DNA of 64,000 bases, taken from NCBI GenBank assembly GCA_963790205.1, contig CAWBNQ010000001.1, forward strand, positions 34,688 through 98,687, read 5' to 3'. This document shows positions 49,391-59,610 of the stretch, in pieces. The notes beneath the pieces are model-generated. The model had not been told where the DNA came from and did no database searches. It saw only the letters and a list, made by a program, of their open reading frames with translations. Source of the DNA: Nitrospirota bacterium (GTDB lineage Bacteria > Nitrospirota > UBA9217). Both the position numbers and the translations under genes were made by a program. Numbering within the stretch: position 1 is the stretch's first letter; each line of letters begins with the position of its first letter.

Positions 49391-50317
49391 TCAAGTTATT
49401 CCCAACTGCCGGCATAAGGTTTCACCGGCAATCCGCAAGGCCTTCGTGCCCGTGATCTCCCGGGGGGAGCGCGGCAGGAACGCGACGGGCAGTCCCTCCG
49501 CCAGACTCCTGAGCTCCGGCAGGTGTTCCTGCTGGCTCCGGCACATGGCCCGAAGGGTGTCCGAATCGGCGTTCTCGATAACGCAGTTGACGACCATGCC
49601 GTGGACCGGGAGGTCATAGTCCGCGAGCGTCTTCATGAGCCGTCTTACGTGCTTGACCACGAGCGCTTCGGCATTGGCGACGATGACGAAGGTCGTTTTG
49701 TCATGGATGAAACGGGCGAGTTTGTCCGAAAGCATGATCCATTCGTCCATGGTATCGGCGATGGACCTCCTCCCGATGAGCTGCTTGCCGATCTTGTCCA
49801 GCCCCTCGAAGACTTTTGCGCCGGCCCTCAAGTGTTTCCGGATGGAGCGCGGCATGCCCAGAAGGTTCAGGGTCTCCCCCGCCGGCGCCGTGTCCCAGAT
49901 GACCCGCTCGTAGTTCCCCTCTTCGACCATATCGACAATGAGGTCGAGCATGGTTTCCTCCCTGAGCGATGGCGCCGATCCTATATAGTCGAGCAGTTGG
50001 TGGCGCGACTCGCCGTCCAGGCCGTCTATATCGATGAGCTGGGAAAGGATATCATAGAAATCGCGGCTGAATTTCGCTTTCCACCGGGCAACGATCGCTT
50101 CCTGGCTGATCTCTACGGCTGCGAGGTTCTCATCGATCTGTTTTACCGCATCGCCGATGGTCTCTTCGAAGATGTCCGAGAGGGAGGGCGTCATGTCGGA
50201 GGTGAGCACGATCGTTCTTTCACCCCTGGCTGCGCAGCAGGTGGCGACCGCGGCTGAGCAGGTCGTCTTGCCCACGCCGCCCTTGCCGCCGAAGAGGATG
50301 ACGGGTTTGTCAGTCAT
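49391..50317 (-). CDS. ArsA/GET3-family P-loop ATPase
   Basis: P-loop GGKGGVGKTT, switch DTAPAGETL; start set at ATG (MTDKPV) because long ORF begins with TTG. Confidence 0.7.
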   Translation of the reverse strand: MTDKPVILFGGKGGVGKTTCSAAVATCCAARGERTIVLTSDMTPSLSDIFEETIGDAVKQIDENLAAVEISQEAIVARWKAKFSRDFYDILSQLIDIDGLDGESRHQLLDYIGSAPSLREETMLDLIVDMVEEGNYERVIWDTAPAGETLNLLGMPRSIRKHLRAGAKVFEGLDKIGKQLIGRRSIADTMDEWIMLSDKLARFIHDKTTFVIVANAEALVVKHVRRLMKTLADYDLPVHGMVVNCVIENADSDTLRAMCRSQQEHLPELRSLAEGLPVAFLPRSPREITGTKALRIAGETLCRQLGIT

Positions 50318-50626
50318 AGTTTTTTGTTCTGCGTATCTCCCTGCCGATACTTTCAATATAGCAGAACAGCAGAAGGCACTACGGGCGGCCGGTTTTAATT
50401 CAAAAGTATTAATTTACTTCACTGAACATGGTCCTCCGAGCGTCATTTCATGCTATGATAGGAGAAGCGGTTCTCCTGTATTGCGGGGTGACTGCAGGCC
50501 AGATTGCAAATGGCGGAACAATGTGCTTTAATTAAATCATGCATTGGAGCAATAGGGACCGGCTGCTGAGTGACGAGTTGCGCTGTGACAGCTGCCGGTC
50601 CCTGTCATGTGGAAAGGAGAGCATCC

Positions 50627-51109
50627 ATGAAAAAACTGAGCATCTCACTATTGACCGTTGTACTTATCGCGATGGTTCCTGCTGTCGGAATGGCCGCGAA
50701 AAAGGCGGGCGGTCATGCCTATAAGACGCATCTTTCCGGCGGCGCGGTCGTTCCGCCCGTGAAGACCACGGCCAAAGGCATGGCAATCTTCGAGCCGGAA
50801 ATGGGAGGTAAGGAATTGAAGTACAAACTTACCGTGAAAGACATTGAGAATGTCACGGCCGCCCACATCCATATCGCCAAGAAAGGAAAGAACGGACCTC
50901 CGGTTGCCGGGCTCTTCGCCGGCCCCAAGAAGGAAGGAAAGTTCAGCGGCGCGCTTGGTGAAGGGACGATCACCGATAAGGATCTCGTAGGCCCGATGGG
51001 CGGGAAAACGGTCAAGGACCTTATCAAAGCGCTTCGTTCCGGCGAGCTCTATGTGAATGTCCACACGGACAAGTATCCCGACGGGGAACTTCGCGGTCAA
51101 ATCAAGTAA
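50627..51109 (+). CDS. Secreted CHRD-domain protein
   Basis: 160 aa; signal peptide; AAHIHIAKKGKNGPP CHRD-type motif; GGAGA RBS. Confidence 0.6.
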   Translation: MKKLSISLLTVVLIAMVPAVGMAAKKAGGHAYKTHLSGGAVVPPVKTTAKGMAIFEPEMGGKELKYKLTVKDIENVTAAHIHIAKKGKNGPPVAGLFAGPKKEGKFSGALGEGTITDKDLVGPMGGKTVKDLIKALRSGELYVNVHTDKYPDGELRGQIK

Positions 51110-51218
51110 CCGGCGAAATATTTATTCCGGACATACGCTCAGAGGAGCCGGGAAGCAGCCGCTCCTCTGAACGTGTCATCATGCCTCCCTGAAGTTGAAA
51201 CGCCTCTGCCCGGCTCGG

Positions 51219-52355
51219 TCATTTTTTTCTAACAAGCTCAATCACGGTAACCTCCGGCGGTGCGAGAAAACGGATGGGGGGGCCCCAGGTGCCGGTGCCG
51301 CGACTCACGCGGAGTATCGATCCGGCCGGCAGATCGAACCTCCCGGCGTTCAGAGGGTAGGCGATTTCACTGACGTAGGTAAAGGGGTATATCTGGCCTT
51401 TGTGCGTATGCCCGGAGAGCTGGAGGTCGAACAACGTGGCCGCATCCCGGTCCACAACGGGCCGGTGTTTGAGCAGGAGCGTGAACCGGTCTTTCGGCAA
51501 CGCGGAGAGAAGAGCCGTTTCCGATTCAGGTTTGTCGAGCTTCAACTGTACACCCGCGGGGTCGTCCACTCCCACGATGTTGATCGCGCCGTTCTTCGCC
51601 GCTTCGCCGCGAAGCAGGGTAAATCCGCACTCTCTGGTAAATGCGAGCGCCTGCTTGATACCGGCATAGTATTCGTGGTTCCCGGTGATCGCATAGCTGC
51701 CGTAGGGCGCATGCACGCTGCGAAGAAGGTCGGCCATTCCCTCCATGTTGTTGATCTGGGCGTCCACCAGGTCTCCGGTAGAGACGAAGATGTCGGGTTT
51801 CTCGGCCTTGACGATATCGACGATCTTTTTCAGCCTCGAACAGCGCACAATGAGTCCCAGATGCACGTCCGATATCTGCACGATGATGAGCCGGCTGATG
51901 CTTTCGGGGAGCTTCGCGGTCTCGATCCGCAGCCGTTCGGTGCGGATGTTCAGGGCATCGAAATACCCGTACCCGCATATTGCCAGGGAAAGGCCCGCGC
52001 TAACGAGAAAGGAGGCTTTGGCGGGGACCAGCAATCCTGAAAAGCCGACATGCGGGATCCGGCCCGCGAGCCGGACGAGAGCGTTGGCGAGGTCGAGGAC
52101 GATCGAACTGCAAAAAAACAGAAACAGGGCCGCCATCCAGAGATAGGCGACCCAGGAGAGCACCCGCGCAGCAAACTGATATTCATAGCGCTCGAGCAGG
52201 CGGATGAAAACGGGGGCAAAGGTCATCGCCAGCATGAACACCGCAAGCGCGGCTCCCGTTCCGGAACCGAAGCCCAGGACGCTCCGCGCGCGGAAAAACG
52301 TATAGACGTGCATTCCGCCGTAAACCGAGAATATGGCAAGAAAGAAGAGGCTCAT
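51219..52355 (-). CDS. Membrane-anchored metallophosphoesterase (calcineurin-like)
   Basis: 378 aa; 4-5 TM N-terminus; motifs ISDVHLG, STGDLVD, TGNHE. Confidence 0.8.
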   Translation of the reverse strand: MSLFFLAIFSVYGGMHVYTFFRARSVLGFGSGTGAALAVFMLAMTFAPVFIRLLERYEYQFAARVLSWVAYLWMAALFLFFCSSIVLDLANALVRLAGRIPHVGFSGLLVPAKASFLVSAGLSLAICGYGYFDALNIRTERLRIETAKLPESISRLIIVQISDVHLGLIVRCSRLKKIVDIVKAEKPDIFVSTGDLVDAQINNMEGMADLLRSVHAPYGSYAITGNHEYYAGIKQALAFTRECGFTLLRGEAAKNGAINIVGVDDPAGVQLKLDKPESETALLSALPKDRFTLLLKHRPVVDRDAATLFDLQLSGHTHKGQIYPFTYVSEIAYPLNAGRFDLPAGSILRVSRGTGTWGPPIRFLAPPEVTVIELVRKK

Positions 52356-53431
52356 CTGCCGAAGCTCACGCCCATGCCCTCGGCGATCTTCACAAGCTCG
52401 CCTTCGGGATCGACGAGCTTGAGGCTGCTGATCGCCTTGTCGAGCGGGACCGAGGTGATGTTCGGAGGCTGGTAGGAGACCATCTCGCCGAACTTCTTTT
52501 GTGCGATCAGCTCCACGGCCGCCGCACCGTAGCGCGTTGCGAGGATACGGTCAAAGGAGCAGGGACTGCCGCCGCGCTGCAGGTGGCCGAGCACCGTCAC
52601 CCGCGTTTCGATGCCGGTCCTCTTGCTGATCTCGTTCCCCACGATCTCGCCCATGCCGCCGAGCCGGAGCACGTACCCGTCGGCCGCCTTTTCGCGCACC
52701 GCCATCTCCCCGCCGGCGGGCTTGGCGCCCTCGGCGACCACGACGATGCTTGAATTGCTTCCCGACTTTTTCCGCTCGAGCAGTTTTTCCGCAACTTTTT
52801 CCAAACTGAAGGGGATTTCGGGAATAAGGATGACGTCGGCGCTGCCTGCGATGCCCGCCTCGAGCGCTATCCAGCCCGCGTAGCGTCCCATGACCTCGAG
52901 CACGATCACGCGCTGGTGACTTTCCGCCGTCGTGTGGAGTTTGTCGAGCGCGTCTGTTGCCGTGTCCACCGCCGTCTGGAACCCGAACGTAACGTGGGTG
53001 GCCATGAGGTCGTTATCGATGGTCTTGGGCACGCCGATCACGGGGACGCCGAGCTTCTGCAGCCCGTAGCCGATCTTGAGCGAACCATCGCCGCCGATGA
53101 CCACGAGCGTTTCGAGACCAAGCTCCTTGACGTTGTTGACGACCAGGGCCGAATGGTCCTCTACGATCTCTCTGCCGCCGACGACGGTCCGGTGCGCAAA
53201 GGGATTGCCGCGGTTCGTGGTGCCGAGGATGGTCCCGCCGACGAAGAGGATCCCCCGCGTGTTCCACGAAGTGAGCTGGCGCGTCTTCGTGGGGGAGAGC
53301 AGCCCTTCGAACCCGTCGATAATGCCCGTAACCTCCCACCCGTATTTGAATATGGCGGTCTTCGTGACCGCGCGGATCACCGCATTGAGGCCGGGGGCAT
53401 CGCCCCCGCCGGAAAGAACACCGATTCGCAT
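52352..53431 (-). CDS. pfk: 6-phosphofructokinase (PFK-A family; GGDGS + PKTIDND, phosphoryl-donor specificity ambiguous)
   Basis: 359 aa; MRIGVLSGGGDAPGLNA, GGDGS, PKTIDND; 4-nt overlap with downstream gene. Confidence 0.9.
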   Translation of the reverse strand: MRIGVLSGGGDAPGLNAVIRAVTKTAIFKYGWEVTGIIDGFEGLLSPTKTRQLTSWNTRGILFVGGTILGTTNRGNPFAHRTVVGGREIVEDHSALVVNNVKELGLETLVVIGGDGSLKIGYGLQKLGVPVIGVPKTIDNDLMATHVTFGFQTAVDTATDALDKLHTTAESHQRVIVLEVMGRYAGWIALEAGIAGSADVILIPEIPFSLEKVAEKLLERKKSGSNSSIVVVAEGAKPAGGEMAVREKAADGYVLRLGGMGEIVGNEISKRTGIETRVTVLGHLQRGGSPCSFDRILATRYGAAAVELIAQKKFGEMVSYQPPNITSVPLDKAISSLKLVDPEGELVKIAEGMGVSFGR

Positions 53432-53636
53432 GATAGCCTCCGAATGATAATACCGTCATGAGTTCGTCGTTTGGAGTTTTGCGTAAATGCCTTATGGCAT
53501 CGGGACCTTGCTCCGGACTCCGCACTCCACCTGCGCCCAGCGCTTATGAGGCCCTTGATTCCCGTCTCGCGATTTTCAGCGAGAGGGTACGACAATGAGT
53601 CTAAGAATTATGTCCGAATGCAGGCGAACTCCGAAC

Positions 53637-54479
53637 TTATATTCTGTTGTTTAATCCCAGCAGCCTGGCCCCGCCTTCGCAGGCAATGTGCAGAACGTCT
53701 TCTCGTGAAATCCCCGCGCGTTCAAAGTAGGATAGCTCCGCATCATAGATTTTTTTGTATTCCGGATCAGGCAGCACACAATCAGTGCCCACAGCCAGAG
53801 GGACCCCGAGCTCGCGCGCCCTGCCGATCATTTCAAGCTGACTTGCGATCAAGGCCGTAACAGATGCCTTCATCTCTTTCGATATCGCTGTGGAAGCAGC
53901 AGCCCGCGCAAGCGCTCCCACGGTCGGCGTCCAGTACGTCCCGTGCTTTGCCATCGCTTCAAGCGTGCGCTCGGTCATGAAAAATCCGTGCTCCACCGAG
54001 CGTACGCCCGATTCCGTTGCAGCCACGATCGCGGCCGCGCCGTTCGCGTGGGCCATGACGCCGAGACCTGCTGTCGCGGCCTCACCGACGATGAACCGGA
54101 GTTCCTCGGGATGAAAGCCGCCGTGGGTAATGGTCCCGGGCCTCTTGAGGCTTACCATACCCGAGGCCATGATTTTTATTATACCAGCTCCGGCGCGCTT
54201 GAGCTTGAGAATCTCACCCCGGATTTCTTCGCTCGTCTCGACGGGAACGCCAAAAAGGGAACCGTATTCGCCCTTTTTAAAAATCGCCCATCCGGCGCTC
54301 ACGATGGTCAGTCCGCTTCTGAGGGCGGTCCCGGGCTTCAGTCCCGCCCCTTCTTTTGTTCCGGCATCGCGCACCGCCGCGATACCCGCAGCCCTGACTG
54401 CTTCAAGGCCGCGCGCATCCTCGATGTGTATGTGGGTGTCGACGAAGTCGCTATGGTGACCGATCTTCATTGCGGGCAT
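53637..54479 (-). CDS. Amidohydrolase-superfamily metal-dependent hydrolase
   Basis: HxH metal motif VDTHIHI near N-terminus, TIM-barrel hydrolase pattern; start chosen at internal Met, uncertain. Confidence 0.55.
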   Translation of the reverse strand: MPAMKIGHHSDFVDTHIHIEDARGLEAVRAAGIAAVRDAGTKEGAGLKPGTALRSGLTIVSAGWAIFKKGEYGSLFGVPVETSEEIRGEILKLKRAGAGIIKIMASGMVSLKRPGTITHGGFHPEELRFIVGEAATAGLGVMAHANGAAAIVAATESGVRSVEHGFFMTERTLEAMAKHGTYWTPTVGALARAAASTAISKEMKASVTALIASQLEMIGRARELGVPLAVGTDCVLPDPEYKKIYDAELSYFERAGISREDVLHIACEGGARLLGLNNRI

Positions 54480-54566
54480 GGCAAATAAGAGGCGAGTTAA
54501 GCTTTTTCCGCAGGTTGATAGTCGGCGACGAAAGCCGGGGGAGCAAGCCCTGCGCCCCAAACGGGT

Positions 54567-56624
54567 TCACCGCCTGCCCTGCCGTATTTCTCGCGGGCGG
54601 TATTGTTCGTATAAGCTGTCCGGGATCAGTTTTAATGCACGGGTGAAACGGTCGTTCAGTGCTTTGTATTGGTTAAATTCAGCGATCAACTGGTCCCTTT
54701 TCGCCTCGTCCTGTATCGGTTCCAGATCCATATACTTACCGATGGAAAACAATATATCCTGGTCAATAAAATACATTCCGGAAATGTAATCGATCAGATT
54801 GGTTTTTGTGTGCTTGAGAGGGTATTTATGCACATTCCTGAAGGAAGGATCCGTATCCAGTCCCGTGCCGACCCAGGAAACGGTGGAGGGAACATCTAAA
54901 TTGTAATTCTTCTTCAGGAAGGCCAGCAGAGAAGGCGTGATATCCAATTGAGATGAGATCGACTGGATATACGCCGTGCGCTTAAGCAGGGGTGAGAAGA
55001 TGATCAGCGGAACATGGAACCTGTCTATTTTGGTGGACATCGGTATTTCGGGCAATCGATGATCTCCGGTAATGATAAATATGGTATTACGATAGGCGGG
55101 AAGTTTTGCATACTGCTCAAAAAAGAACCGCAAAGCGTCATCGGTATACATTATTGTGGAATATATTTTTCCGTACGTGCGATGGTTTTCCTTTTGTGCC
55201 TCGTCGAAACCCAGTTGGTTCATCCGCTTCTCGAAGAACCGAAGGTATTTATCCTGATCGGGGAAGGAATAGGGAGTATGCATGCTCATGGTTTGCACGA
55301 ACGAAACATAGGGCTGCTTCGAATCCTGACTGTCCATTTTCAGCGATTTCCGCATCAGTTCCCTGTCGGGATAACCCCAGTATGTGTTCGGGCTTTTCGC
55401 ATAATTTTTGCCGTAGTCATTTATGCCGATCATGACATCAACGCCCTGTCTCTGCAGAAATAACCGCTCATTGTCAAAATCCAAATCACTGCCATAGTAA
55501 AATTTTAGACGGTACCCGTCATGTTTCAATATGCTCATTAAGGAAAGATGTTTGGGCATTCGTTGTCCCAGATCGCTGAAGCCTTTATCCGCGAATGGCA
55601 AGGAGGCTAAAATGGACGGAAGCGCCGCAAAGGTACGTCCTTGGGAAGCAAGGAAATTCTCCCAGTATAAGCTTTTCCGGGACAGATCGTCGAGAAACGG
55701 CGTAAAGCTTCCCAGATACGCATTGGGTCCGCTGAAAGCTTTGCCCAAACCCTCCACCAGAATAAAAACAAGGTTGGGCGGCCTGTTGGAAACAACCTTG
55801 AAGAATTCACCCAGCACGTCACGCGGTTCGTCGGTCCTCAAAAATGGATAGTCAGAAATTTTATATTTGAACGCCGGCGCGTTATCCGGTCGCCTGTCAT
55901 CCCGGGAAAGAGCATGAGCATTGACGCTCTCTTTTGTTGAACGGGAATAATAGGCGTAGGATTCCTCGGCAAAATAAACCGCTTTGTTCAAAGCCATGTT
56001 ATAGGAGAAGTCTGTTTCAAATGATGTTCTCGCGGGCAGGACTGATACCGTACAGGTCAACAAGACCCCCGCTCCTAAGAGAACAAATGCGTATACCGGT
56101 TTAAGCAAGTTACGGGAGTATAAAAACGAAAAAGAAGCCCAGAATGCGACGAGCGGTATGACAAATAGAAAAAGTGAGATCGTGTCAAACGTGATGCCGC
56201 CTCTGACGGTTTCATTAATTTCTTTCAGGGAGTATCCGAAAAGGTCCGCGCCGAGGGGGACCAGCGCCGTGGCAAAGTACTTAATGAGCGCCGCGTACAG
56301 GATTATAACGATCGATCCCCCTAGACAATATATCCAGTAACGGAATTTCATGGTTCCGGCGCTAAAATAAACCATAACAAATGGAATAAACAGGAATGAA
56401 AGTATTGCCGGAAAGGATAGTAAATCAAACATGAGCGCCCGCGTGATCACGTTCCACAAATCCTGGGGGGGATTATTGGTTTTGCAAATGTATATGAATT
56501 CCATAATACGCAATGCCAAGAACGCGATCAGCAGCGCCTGTGAAAAATTACCGAACAGAGCAGCGCAGTCTTTCAGCTTGTCGAGAAAGGACCGTTGGGC
56601 TTCTTTCTGGACCGTATCGTTCAT
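54567..56624 (-). CDS. LtaS/OpgB/BcsG-like membrane phospho-transferase (N-terminal TM domain + extracytoplasmic sulfatase/alkaline-phosphatase-fold domain)
   Basis: 685 aa; 5 TM then sulfatase-like core (NLVFILVEGLGKAF, metal/Ser-Thr nucleophile region); lower GC than flanks. Confidence 0.7.
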   Translation of the reverse strand: MNDTVQKEAQRSFLDKLKDCAALFGNFSQALLIAFLALRIMEFIYICKTNNPPQDLWNVITRALMFDLLSFPAILSFLFIPFVMVYFSAGTMKFRYWIYCLGGSIVIILYAALIKYFATALVPLGADLFGYSLKEINETVRGGITFDTISLFLFVIPLVAFWASFSFLYSRNLLKPVYAFVLLGAGVLLTCTVSVLPARTSFETDFSYNMALNKAVYFAEESYAYYSRSTKESVNAHALSRDDRRPDNAPAFKYKISDYPFLRTDEPRDVLGEFFKVVSNRPPNLVFILVEGLGKAFSGPNAYLGSFTPFLDDLSRKSLYWENFLASQGRTFAALPSILASLPFADKGFSDLGQRMPKHLSLMSILKHDGYRLKFYYGSDLDFDNERLFLQRQGVDVMIGINDYGKNYAKSPNTYWGYPDRELMRKSLKMDSQDSKQPYVSFVQTMSMHTPYSFPDQDKYLRFFEKRMNQLGFDEAQKENHRTYGKIYSTIMYTDDALRFFFEQYAKLPAYRNTIFIITGDHRLPEIPMSTKIDRFHVPLIIFSPLLKRTAYIQSISSQLDITPSLLAFLKKNYNLDVPSTVSWVGTGLDTDPSFRNVHKYPLKHTKTNLIDYISGMYFIDQDILFSIGKYMDLEPIQDEAKRDQLIAEFNQYKALNDRFTRALKLIPDSLYEQYRPREIRQGRR

Positions 56625-56757
56625 GGCATGACTCCTTTTGTGCCGGGAAAAACCGGTTTCCGCATATTTTCACCAGTCATTCGTCGGAACCCTATCGGCC
56701 CTCATTCCGCAATTGGATCGAATGCTTTCATCCGGCATAGCGCTTTCCAGCAGCTCA

Positions 56758-58122
56758 TCACCAGCGGGTTAAAACATTGGCCGAGACACTTCGCTCAATA
56801 AAGGGATAGGTATTGTCGTCGCTGTAACCCGCAGAAATCTTGAAGCCCCATCGCGGATTAATATATTTCTGGAATACTGCTCCATACGATTTGCTCCTTG
56901 TTGTTTTAACGATCATAGTCCCCGGAGGAAATTCACCGCCCCGGCCGAATCCGCCGTTCATTTCGAAGTAATCATCTCCATTTCCGGCAAAGTAATATCT
57001 GGCGAGAAGGTGATGCGATATGCTCAGCGCGGCGCTTGATGGAATAAAGAGGGTCCGCCATCGGAAATACCAGTCGCCGGTGTATTTCCCGAGACCAAGG
57101 CCGTACATGTCGACGGTGCTTGTGCCGAAATCCATGTGGTCATAGCTGCCGGAAAGCTCCCATCCCTTTCCTGCTCCCTGAAATATTTCCAGGCGATAGG
57201 AATCCTTGGGGTAGAGGATGGCATGCGGTGAATACTGATACCTGATGTTCGCATACGACCGCGGCCAGAGGTCCACATATCCATCGAGTGCCAGGGCGTA
57301 GTCGTCGGATCCGAACCGCAGGGAATCCAGATATTCAAAAGCGAGCGAACTGTGCTCCCAATAGTGACGAACGGACGCGCTGTAATAATGCCAATTGCTG
57401 TGGACCGGCGAAAATTCGCTGTAGCCGTAGGACAGGTTCGCAAGCCATTTGTACGATTCAGGCGCTACCGATTCCGGCACCTCTCTGCGTTGAAGAGAAG
57501 TAAGATATCGATTGATCTCGGGGGCAGGAGCGCCGTGCGCCAGGGCTGCTTCAAAATCGGCGCGGGCCGCTTCAAGTTCGTTCGCCGACAGATAGGCTTT
57601 CCCACGCGCGAGGTACGGGCGGAAGTCTCCGGGGTCCGCCACGATCCATTTGCCGTATGCGCCTGCGGCGGCGGCGGGCCGATCGCTCCAGAGATATACA
57701 TCCCCGAGAGCGGACCAGGCGTCAGCGTAGTCCGGTAACCGCTTCGTTACCGCTGTTATGTCCGCCTCGGCTTCATTCCAGCGATCCTCCCACGCATAGG
57801 TCCTTCCTCGCGCGAGAAGCAGGTCGGAATTATTCGGTCTCGTTGCCAGTAATTCCGTATAGAGCCGAATCGCTTCATCACGGTGATTCGAAAAAGAGAG
57901 GGCTCGCGCAAGTTTGAACGTTGCTTCATACGATTCGGGATGAGTTTCTACCTCCGCACGATAGTACTGTACGGCGGCGTTATAATCGCCTTTTGTCATG
58001 GCTGTGTCGCCATCAGCTATCGCGGTGACAAGAGCCAAAACATAAAAAGTCATCATTCCATGAACCCTTTCTCTTTTAATGTGCCTTTCATTTTTTCCGC
58101 GCTCCTTCTGCCGGGGCGGCAA
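56758..58122 (-). CDS. Outer-membrane TPR + beta-barrel protein (PgaA/BcsC/NfrA-like polysaccharide export porin candidate)
   Basis: 454 aa; signal peptide, N-terminal TPRs, C-terminal alternating-hydrophobic beta-strands ending in aromatic (…ANVLTRW). Confidence 0.5.
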   Translation of the reverse strand: MPPRQKERGKNERHIKRERVHGMMTFYVLALVTAIADGDTAMTKGDYNAAVQYYRAEVETHPESYEATFKLARALSFSNHRDEAIRLYTELLATRPNNSDLLLARGRTYAWEDRWNEAEADITAVTKRLPDYADAWSALGDVYLWSDRPAAAAGAYGKWIVADPGDFRPYLARGKAYLSANELEAARADFEAALAHGAPAPEINRYLTSLQRREVPESVAPESYKWLANLSYGYSEFSPVHSNWHYYSASVRHYWEHSSLAFEYLDSLRFGSDDYALALDGYVDLWPRSYANIRYQYSPHAILYPKDSYRLEIFQGAGKGWELSGSYDHMDFGTSTVDMYGLGLGKYTGDWYFRWRTLFIPSSAALSISHHLLARYYFAGNGDDYFEMNGGFGRGGEFPPGTMIVKTTRSKSYGAVFQKYINPRWGFKISAGYSDDNTYPFIERSVSANVLTRW

Positions 58123-58176
58123 AGAATGGTCTAATAATCGCTCTTCTTGACGACGAGAAAACGGTTTTTGTAAAGT

Positions 58177-59610
58177 TCATCGTCCGCAGCCTTTCCGCTC
58201 GGGGCTCATCCCTTTGTGCTCAACGTATTCCCACTCTCTTTGTCCGACCAGATATTTGATCAAAGCCTGCAGCCTCCAGAACGCATTCATCTGACGGTAT
58301 CCGAAATTTTCGAACACGCCGTAGAGCAGGAGTCGGAACAGGTGCGCCCACGCGGGATACCGTTTGTAGGTCAGTTCTTCGAGAAAGATCCCGGCGGTCG
58401 AAAGAAAAACACCGTAGAAGACGGCCAGGGTGACGAAGAGCATGAGAAAGGTATAATTGAGTATCCCCAGGACATAGGAGAGCAGCACAACGGCATATCC
58501 TGTTATCTCGATGACCGGACCGATGATCTCAAAGAACAGATAGTACGGCATCACAAGCATGCCGATCATGCCATAACGCGGATTGAAGAGCATCTCGCGG
58601 TTTTGGAACAGGCTCTGGATCAATCCGAGATGCCACCGCCGCCGCTGCCGCGCGATCATCTTCAGACTGTCCGGGACCTCGGTCCAGCAGATCGGGTCCG
58701 AAATGAACCGTACCCGGTATGGCTTATGCTGCTTCAGCTTCACCTTGTGCAGCCGAACGATCATTTCCATGTCTTCCGACACGTTCCCGACCCTGAATCC
58801 TCCTGCCTCCTGGACCGACGCCTTATGAAAGAGCGAGAAGGTCCCCGAGATGATGAGGAGAGCGTGCAGGGTGTCCCACCCGACCCGTCCGAAGAGAAAT
58901 CCTCGGATATACTCGACGATCTGAAAGAGAACGAGCGGTTTTTTCGAGAGATCGATCTCCTCGATCTCGACGTCGCTCGCAAGCCGCACGCCGTTCAAGA
59001 CGCGCACGACGCCTCCGCAGGCAACAATGGGGATGCTGCTTTCGAGGATCGTGGTCATGATCCTGATGAGGGCGTCCTTTTCAAGAAGAGAGTCCGCATC
59101 GATCGAGCAAACGTAGGGGCATCGCGACGCGTTGATGCCGCAATTCAGGGCATCAGCCTTGCCGCCCCGTTCCTTGTCGATGACGAGGAGGTTCGGCGTC
59201 TCCTCGTTGTAGTAGAATGCCTTCACGGCCTTGGTCTTCATGGTGTCCCGGTACACGCGGTCGATCTTTATCAGCTTGAAAGCGTCGATCACGGACTGCA
59301 GCGTATCATCGTCCGAACCGTCGTTGATGAGGATCACTTCGAACACGGGATAGTCGCAGGCAAGCGCGGACCGGATGCTCCGGAGGACGACCTTCTTCTC
59401 GTTATAGACCGGGATCATGATGGAAACCGGCGAGGTGCCGGGAGCGGAGCGAAAATCCCTGATCGGGGAATACCTGATCCGCCGGATATGCCGGAGAACC
59501 GCAACCAGAGAGATTGCCAGGAGGCCGGCGTATATCGTGTTGACGACGCCGAAGTAGGCCCCGACAAAATAATTGAACCCCACGGTGAAAAAGATGATCG
59601 CTTTTCTCAT
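58177..59610 (-). CDS. Processive family-2 glycosyltransferase, PgaC/IcaA/HmsR-like polysaccharide synthase
   Basis: 477 aa; TM-GT2-TM architecture; DGSDDDT, SIDADS, QRRRW (QxxRW) motifs. Confidence 0.8.
   Translation of the reverse strand: MRKAIIFFTVGFNYFVGAYFGVVNTIYAGLLAISLVAVLRHIRRIRYSPIRDFRSAPGTSPVSIMIPVYNEKKVVLRSIRSALACDYPVFEVILINDGSDDDTLQSVIDAFKLIKIDRVYRDTMKTKAVKAFYYNEETPNLLVIDKERGGKADALNCGINASRCPYVCSIDADSLLEKDALIRIMTTILESSIPIVACGGVVRVLNGVRLASDVEIEEIDLSKKPLVLFQIVEYIRGFLFGRVGWDTLHALLIISGTFSLFHKASVQEAGGFRVGNVSEDMEMIVRLHKVKLKQHKPYRVRFISDPICWTEVPDSLKMIARQRRRWHLGLIQSLFQNREMLFNPRYGMIGMLVMPYYLFFEIIGPVIEITGYAVVLLSYVLGILNYTFLMLFVTLAVFYGVFLSTAGIFLEELTYKRYPAWAHLFRLLLYGVFENFGYRQMNAFWRLQALIKYLVGQREWEYVEHKGMSPERKGCGR

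Noticed and set aside
51125-51170. Hairpin TCAGAGGAGC-N12-GCTCCTCTGA downstream of the CHRD gene as a terminator
   Set aside because: Good stem but no U-tract on either strand; may be Rho-dependent or structural only
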